From positions 88,385 to 152,384 of the forward strand of contig JBAXRK010000001.1 in the NCBI GenBank assembly GCA_037131245.1: 64,000 nt of DNA, read 5' to 3'. The notes under the pieces are model-generated. The model saw only the letters and a list, made by a program, of their open reading frames with translations. It did not search any database and was not told the DNA's origin. A program made the translations under genes and the position numbers. The first letter of the stretch is position 1, and the number at the start of each line of letters is the position of its first letter. Shown here piece after piece: positions 12,001 through 18,000 of this stretch. This DNA comes from Candidatus Omnitrophota bacterium. GTDB taxonomy: Bacteria; Omnitrophota; Gorgyraeia; Zapsychrales; Fredricksoniimonadaceae.

Positions 12001-15000
12001 ATCCCGTCGACCATGCCCCATACTGCCTGGCGACATCCGCAAAAGACATGCTCTCACTAGGCCGGCCCCAAGACCCATCAGCCTTAAAGATCATCCCGCT
12101 TGAAGTAACCGTTTGATTTAATAACTTACCGGCGTTAGCATCGAAGAACCCAAGCTTGCCATCAGCACGCACGATCTGCACCAGCTTGACACCATCCGCA
12201 GTTTCCATAACAGCAGAAGCGTCGCGAACCTGGTAACGAATATCCGTCCGTTGATCGTAATACGAGTACGTGCTTGTGCTACCAGTGCCGCTAAGGGTAA
12301 TGTGTTGATCAACACCATTCTTTAAGTGGGAGTCAAAATTTTTAACGCCGTCATCCACCGGCGCAGATTGAAAAGCAACGATGCCTGCAGAAACAGGAGC
12401 CGCCTGATAACTCGTATGAACACCAACAGAATTTAGAGTATACGGATTAAGCACCTCGTACCTGGTTTCTCCGGACCTGGTGCTTTCTAAAGCGCGGGTA
12501 AAAGCAAGGATCTTTCCATCAGCATCAGCCTGAACGCCCAAATTCTCTGCGCGGCCATTCCAGCTGATGACCTTGCTGTCATCGACCACCAACTTGCCGT
12601 TAACTTCCTTGGTGGCAAACGTAACAACAATACCACCGTGCGCTTGCGCCTGGTCAGCGCTGAACTTACCATCAACACTGGCGATCTGCTGGATCTTCTT
12701 AATTTCCTCCTGCTCAAGCGGACGCCCGTTAGTAAGCGGACGCCCGTTAGAATCATAAACAACCACTTGATTTCCGGGCTTCGCAGGAGTAAAAAGACCG
12801 GCCTTTCTGCCAGAATCGGAATCCTGGGGAATGAAGAAGTACTTGTTGCCATCCCCTGCTTTACCTTCGATCGTCGCTATCAGATTCCACTCCAACTGAC
12901 CGCTCACTACCCGTTCCACCCCGTTGGCATCTTTATAAACAAGGCGTTGAGCCCCCGGGACATCTTTGAGGACAACTTCACCTTTCACAAGCTCCGCCAT
13001 CTTCGTTGTTACCACAACGCCATTTTTCACATTACTGCCATTCTTGCCTTCACGCTGCGCCACGGTCTCATTGACGATATTAATTCCGTCTTCCACTTTA
13101 ACATCTTTGACCCTCATGCCAGCGATCACGATCCGCTGCTCCATTTTTCCGCCAGCTGACCTGACCTCGGCCATGTTCATCGGGACAGACTGCAGGAGGT
13201 CATGCCCGCGACTTTCTTCTCCGCGATCATGCCAGGCGAAGTTAAGGGTCTTGGCCGCTGTCCCGACTCCGTCATAACCCATGAACAACAAAGCCCTGGC
13301 GTTCGATGTAGTGGACTTCCCATCGGCGTCGGTCTTAATAACGCTGGTGGTATCCGCGGTGAGTTGATTCGTAATAGGCTTAATATCAAAATTCCCGGTA
13401 CTGCGGTTAAACTCATACTGAGTTCTCTTATCGTAAATAACCCCCTGGCCAAAATTATATTCCGTGGAATTCGTCATCCCGCGCAGCGGGTTCAACATAT
13501 AGCCACCCTGCGCATCCATCCCCATCAAGAAGCCAAACTCCTGGCCAGTCGGAGCCTTCTTGTCCCCAACCTTGGAAGACTCCCGGGCGCCCAATTCATT
13601 CAACGTAACAAGATATTGATCCGCTTTGACCAGTTCCGCCCTTCCATCATAAAGGTCATACGAGATCCCCTGCCTGGACGCATCCGAGAAAGAAACCGGC
13701 GCGTCTTTAACATTGCTCGGAGCGCTTTTGCCAACCAGAATATCGCCGTCATTGAACATCGTGGCCCAGCCGGATGACGTCCGCTCAAGCTTATTACCCG
13801 TCGCAATACCGCCCGCAAAACCATTACCACTGTTAAAGTCGTTACCGAAACGATAACCGGTGAAATCGGTATTAAACTGAGCCGGAAGATCGCCCTCGAT
13901 CGCATCGGCCACATTCAAAAGCCCGCCCGGCTGAGTGCTCAGCCCCATGACTTTTGCGACAAGACCCTCGACCACCTTCATATCCGCCTCAGTCCGCGGG
14001 GTCAACAGGATGTTCTTCGCGGTAACCACATTGCCCGTCCAATCCAACATGGTACCGCGCATATTATCAACCTGCCCCTTGGCCTGACTCACCAAATACC
14101 CGTTCTGCTGATTGGACCCAACCTGGGTCATATGGGCCTGACCGATCGCCTCGGTACCCGCCCATATACCATAAAAATTCTTCTGGCCATTGCTATCGAA
14201 AGCAATAAATCCGGATTTGGGGCCATTTCCCTGAACAGCAATGTTGGTGAATTGCCGATCGGTCTGGCCATTCTTGTCAATATTTCTTTCCGTATAACTC
14301 AAGGAATCATTGGTAACCCAGATCAGGGAACCGGGAGTGTTCACCCGAGGAACTAAAGCGCCATTAACCGTATCAAACTCAAAACCGAATGGCTTTGCTT
14401 GCAGGCTCGCGAGCTGAAACTCAGTCGTTTTGACCGCCACCGCTTTATTGGCAACATCCGCATCTAACGCATCTTTTTTCGTAAAATCATACTTTTGGTC
14501 AACGCTTAACAGCTTAAAAGGCACCGGACCAAGTTTATCCAAAGCGCTCTGCGCGGCTGCCAGATCTTTCTTTTCCGTACCCAATTTTTGCTGTAACTGC
14601 TCTACCTGCTTGGGGTCAGCCGTTACCGTGCCGGCGCCTACGGTCAAATCAACCGTCCTCAGCTCGTTTCCGCTAAGTTCCGTAGCTGAAGCAGCGCCCG
14701 ATGGTTTTAAAGCAACTTCGGACGATTTCTCATCCTTCGAACGATTGTCCGTCACTATATTAAGCATGCTGTCATCATAAAACATGCGGCCCTGACCGGT
14801 CAAAATAAGCCTGTTATCAAGGCCGCCTTTGGCGCCCGTGATGTTTATATCTTTTTCAACCAGCTTGCCGTTCACCATCTGGAACTCAGAATGCGTCCCG
14901 GTAGCGGTCGTATGATTATCACCGGCGGTCAAAACCTGCCACTCTCCGGTGCCGGCACCTAAAACAAGGTTATTAATGTTGATTTTTGTACCAATGATCG

Positions 15001-18000
15001 TTTTTCCGTCAGGACCGAAGACACGGCTTTCACCCATCAACGCCCCAGTCGCCGCCTGCCCACCCGTCATCTTAAGCGTCCACGGGTTGCCGCTGGCATC
15101 GCCCACGACCTCAACCTGCTGCACGCCGCGGGTTAATGAAGAGCCGACAACACCGTCCATCGCCCCGACATTGAAATAAAGATTGTTCCCGGCCTTAAGC
15201 ATCGGGGAGCTTTCAAAAGCGAACTTGGCGCCGGTACGATCGTCCAAAGCCACCGCGCCGCCCTCACGGCCTTCAACGGCATACTGAAGAACGCCCTTAT
15301 CAAAACGAACATTGGTCGTATTCCCGTTCGCGTCAACGACCGGGATCGAGAAAACATTATATTTGCTGTCGCCGGCCTTCGCGGCCACCTGAGGCGTCTG
15401 GGAAACCTGAGAAGCCTGGCCCTTATTTTGAGCCGCGGCCAAGTCATTCTGCTTTTTCTGCGCCAAGAGCTGTTCATTCGTCGGCTGGACACCCAGAACC
15501 GCCGCCGCGAACCGCTCGCTCTCGTCATTGCTAGTGAACCGGATGGTTCCCGTCCCCTGATCCACGGAAGCGCCGGTCACAACAACCGACGTGGACGTTT
15601 TCCATTCGCCAAGCCCAACAAGAGAAGCAAACGGGCCATTGTTCCCGAACGCAGGAACAAAAACCGGTAAGCTTGACGCGGTTTTCTCTGTAAACTCCGC
15701 CTGCGGTAACGTGCTCGCCACCGCCGCGCGGGTACCATCCGCGCCAACCACGCCCTGCGTCACCCAACCATTAGACGTCATCACAAAAAGATTATTCGCC
15801 GCCGCGGTGGCCATGAAAGATTTGTCAAAAGTGGCTTTCAAGCCATCTCCGGTCCTGGTCTCGGTGCCCGTACCCGTCAAAGCCAGCGCCGTGGTGCCCA
15901 CTTTGAAAATCGGAGCGCCCTGGGCATTTAATTCCGTACCGCCATTAACAACATTAACACCGGGCATATAGGCGCCCTGCTGCTGGCCTTCCTTAATAAG
16001 ATAAGGCGTCCCCATGAAAACGCCGGGCTGCAGCGCATCCGCTATTTTAGGCGCCGCGGCCGAAATACCGCCGTTGGCCGCATTCAAAGCCTGCGCCACA
16101 CTGCCATTAATGCTAACAAAATCGTTATTACCCATCACAAAAGAACGGGCGAAAGGCATCTGCGCGTCAACACCGGTCTGCACCTGCCAACCGTGCGTGC
16201 CCTGGTTCATATCGACGCCATTGGAGCCGCCAACTTCCTGGGACACTGCCGTCACCGCTGAACCGTTCACCAGCCAGCCGGAAACCTGAAGGGTGGCAAT
16301 ATCCGCCACCGGATTCGCCAAACCCGGCACCCTGCGGGTCTTGATATCAATACCACCACGATACTCAACCTGCGGCCCCATGCCCTGCACCAGATCAGGT
16401 TCCGCCGCGAACAAAGGCCCCAAACCGGACGGCACAAAAAGCGGGTCCATAGCCGGCGAGGCCTGCACATTAAGAGGCCGCATTGTAACCAATTCAGCGG
16501 GATTAAGAGCCGCTCCCGGCAATAACTTGCCCTGATCATCCGTCAGGAACGTCACCACTTTAGACTTATCGGCCGTTGAAAAAGCTGTTGCCAAATACCC
16601 TTTTTGCTGGGTCGCGTCACCCGTCATGCCCACCGCCGGAACCCAGCCGACACCAGGCTGATAAACGGTCTTCTGATAGGTCACGCCGGTCGAAACGCCA
16701 TGGTCATCCGTAAACGCCACGGCCACCATCTGGCCGTCCTTACCTTTAGCCAGGGAGAACTGCCCAAGCTGCTGACCACCCTGCGTGGCCTGCCCCACAA
16801 AAGAAACCACCTGGCCCTGCGGCTGAACGCCAAATGCCCACGGCGCAGGCATATTCATCGCCACATCCGCCAAACCGGTATTACCAAACACCGCCTGCCG
16901 TAAATACTGTTTCTCGGTATTCTGATCGGCCACAGTACCCGTCAACTTGGGATCGGCGACCGGTGACGTACTAAGAGCCATGCCCCAGGTGCTCATCGGA
17001 AGGCTTCCACGGAACGTTAACCCCTCCTGCTTGTTCGCCGTCATCAACGTACCAACAATATTTTCCTGCCCCACCGACCCGGCCATGCCCTTCCAAAGCC
17101 CTGCCACCGCACCGGAACTCAGGGCATCTGTCGTGATCACGCCATTGGGCTGTATCGTTGTCACCTTGCCATTATTATTAGCAAAGGTTAACTGGCCATT
17201 CACCGCGCCGGCCAGATTCGGACCCGCGAAAGTAACGGCGATCGGAGCCGGGGACGTGCCTGGCTGTAAGTTGAACAGGAAAGGAGAGTCATACTGAACA
17301 TCCTGCACACCGGGGAACCCGGAGATAGTACTCAGCGTGTTATTGCCACCCAGGCGCTGTATCAGTTTCTGGGTAAAGACTTCATCGGAGTTCAGCGTCT
17401 TAAGGTCTTTGTTCGAATCCGTCAGCGGCACCATCTCGGAGCCCAACAAGCCGTTCATCACCACATACTGCACATTATTGATCGTGTACGACTCGGTCCC
17501 GATACCCGGCAGCACCCTGACCGCCTGATCCTGATAAAGCTGCTGACCGTTATAAACAAGCGGAATACCCTTGCTATCCAAAGCCGGGCTGAGATTATCC
17601 TTGAAAATAAGCTTGCCATCGTAGCCAGTACCAGACAATGACATATTCGCAACCTGAGGCAGATCACTAATATTATAGGTGATCCCGCCAACCTTTACCT
17701 GGCCGGCCGTTAAAGGCTTAACACTGGCCGCTTCCTTACTTAGAGCTTCTGTCTCACCCTTACTGCGGGCGGTATTCCGGTCTTTATCCAGCGTCACCTG
17801 GTCAACGGCCTTGCCCGTACGTTCGTACGTACTATCCTGAGCGGCGCCTTCTTCATTGTCAACGTGCTCGGTCGCATCCACCTTATCCGCTGCTGCCGTC
17901 CCGGCATCCTTGATCTCTTTGGCCTTGGACGCCATCTCGGCCGCTGCCGCCTGGCCGTTAAGAAGCTCGGCCGCGCCCTCATTATCCCATACCGTCGTGG

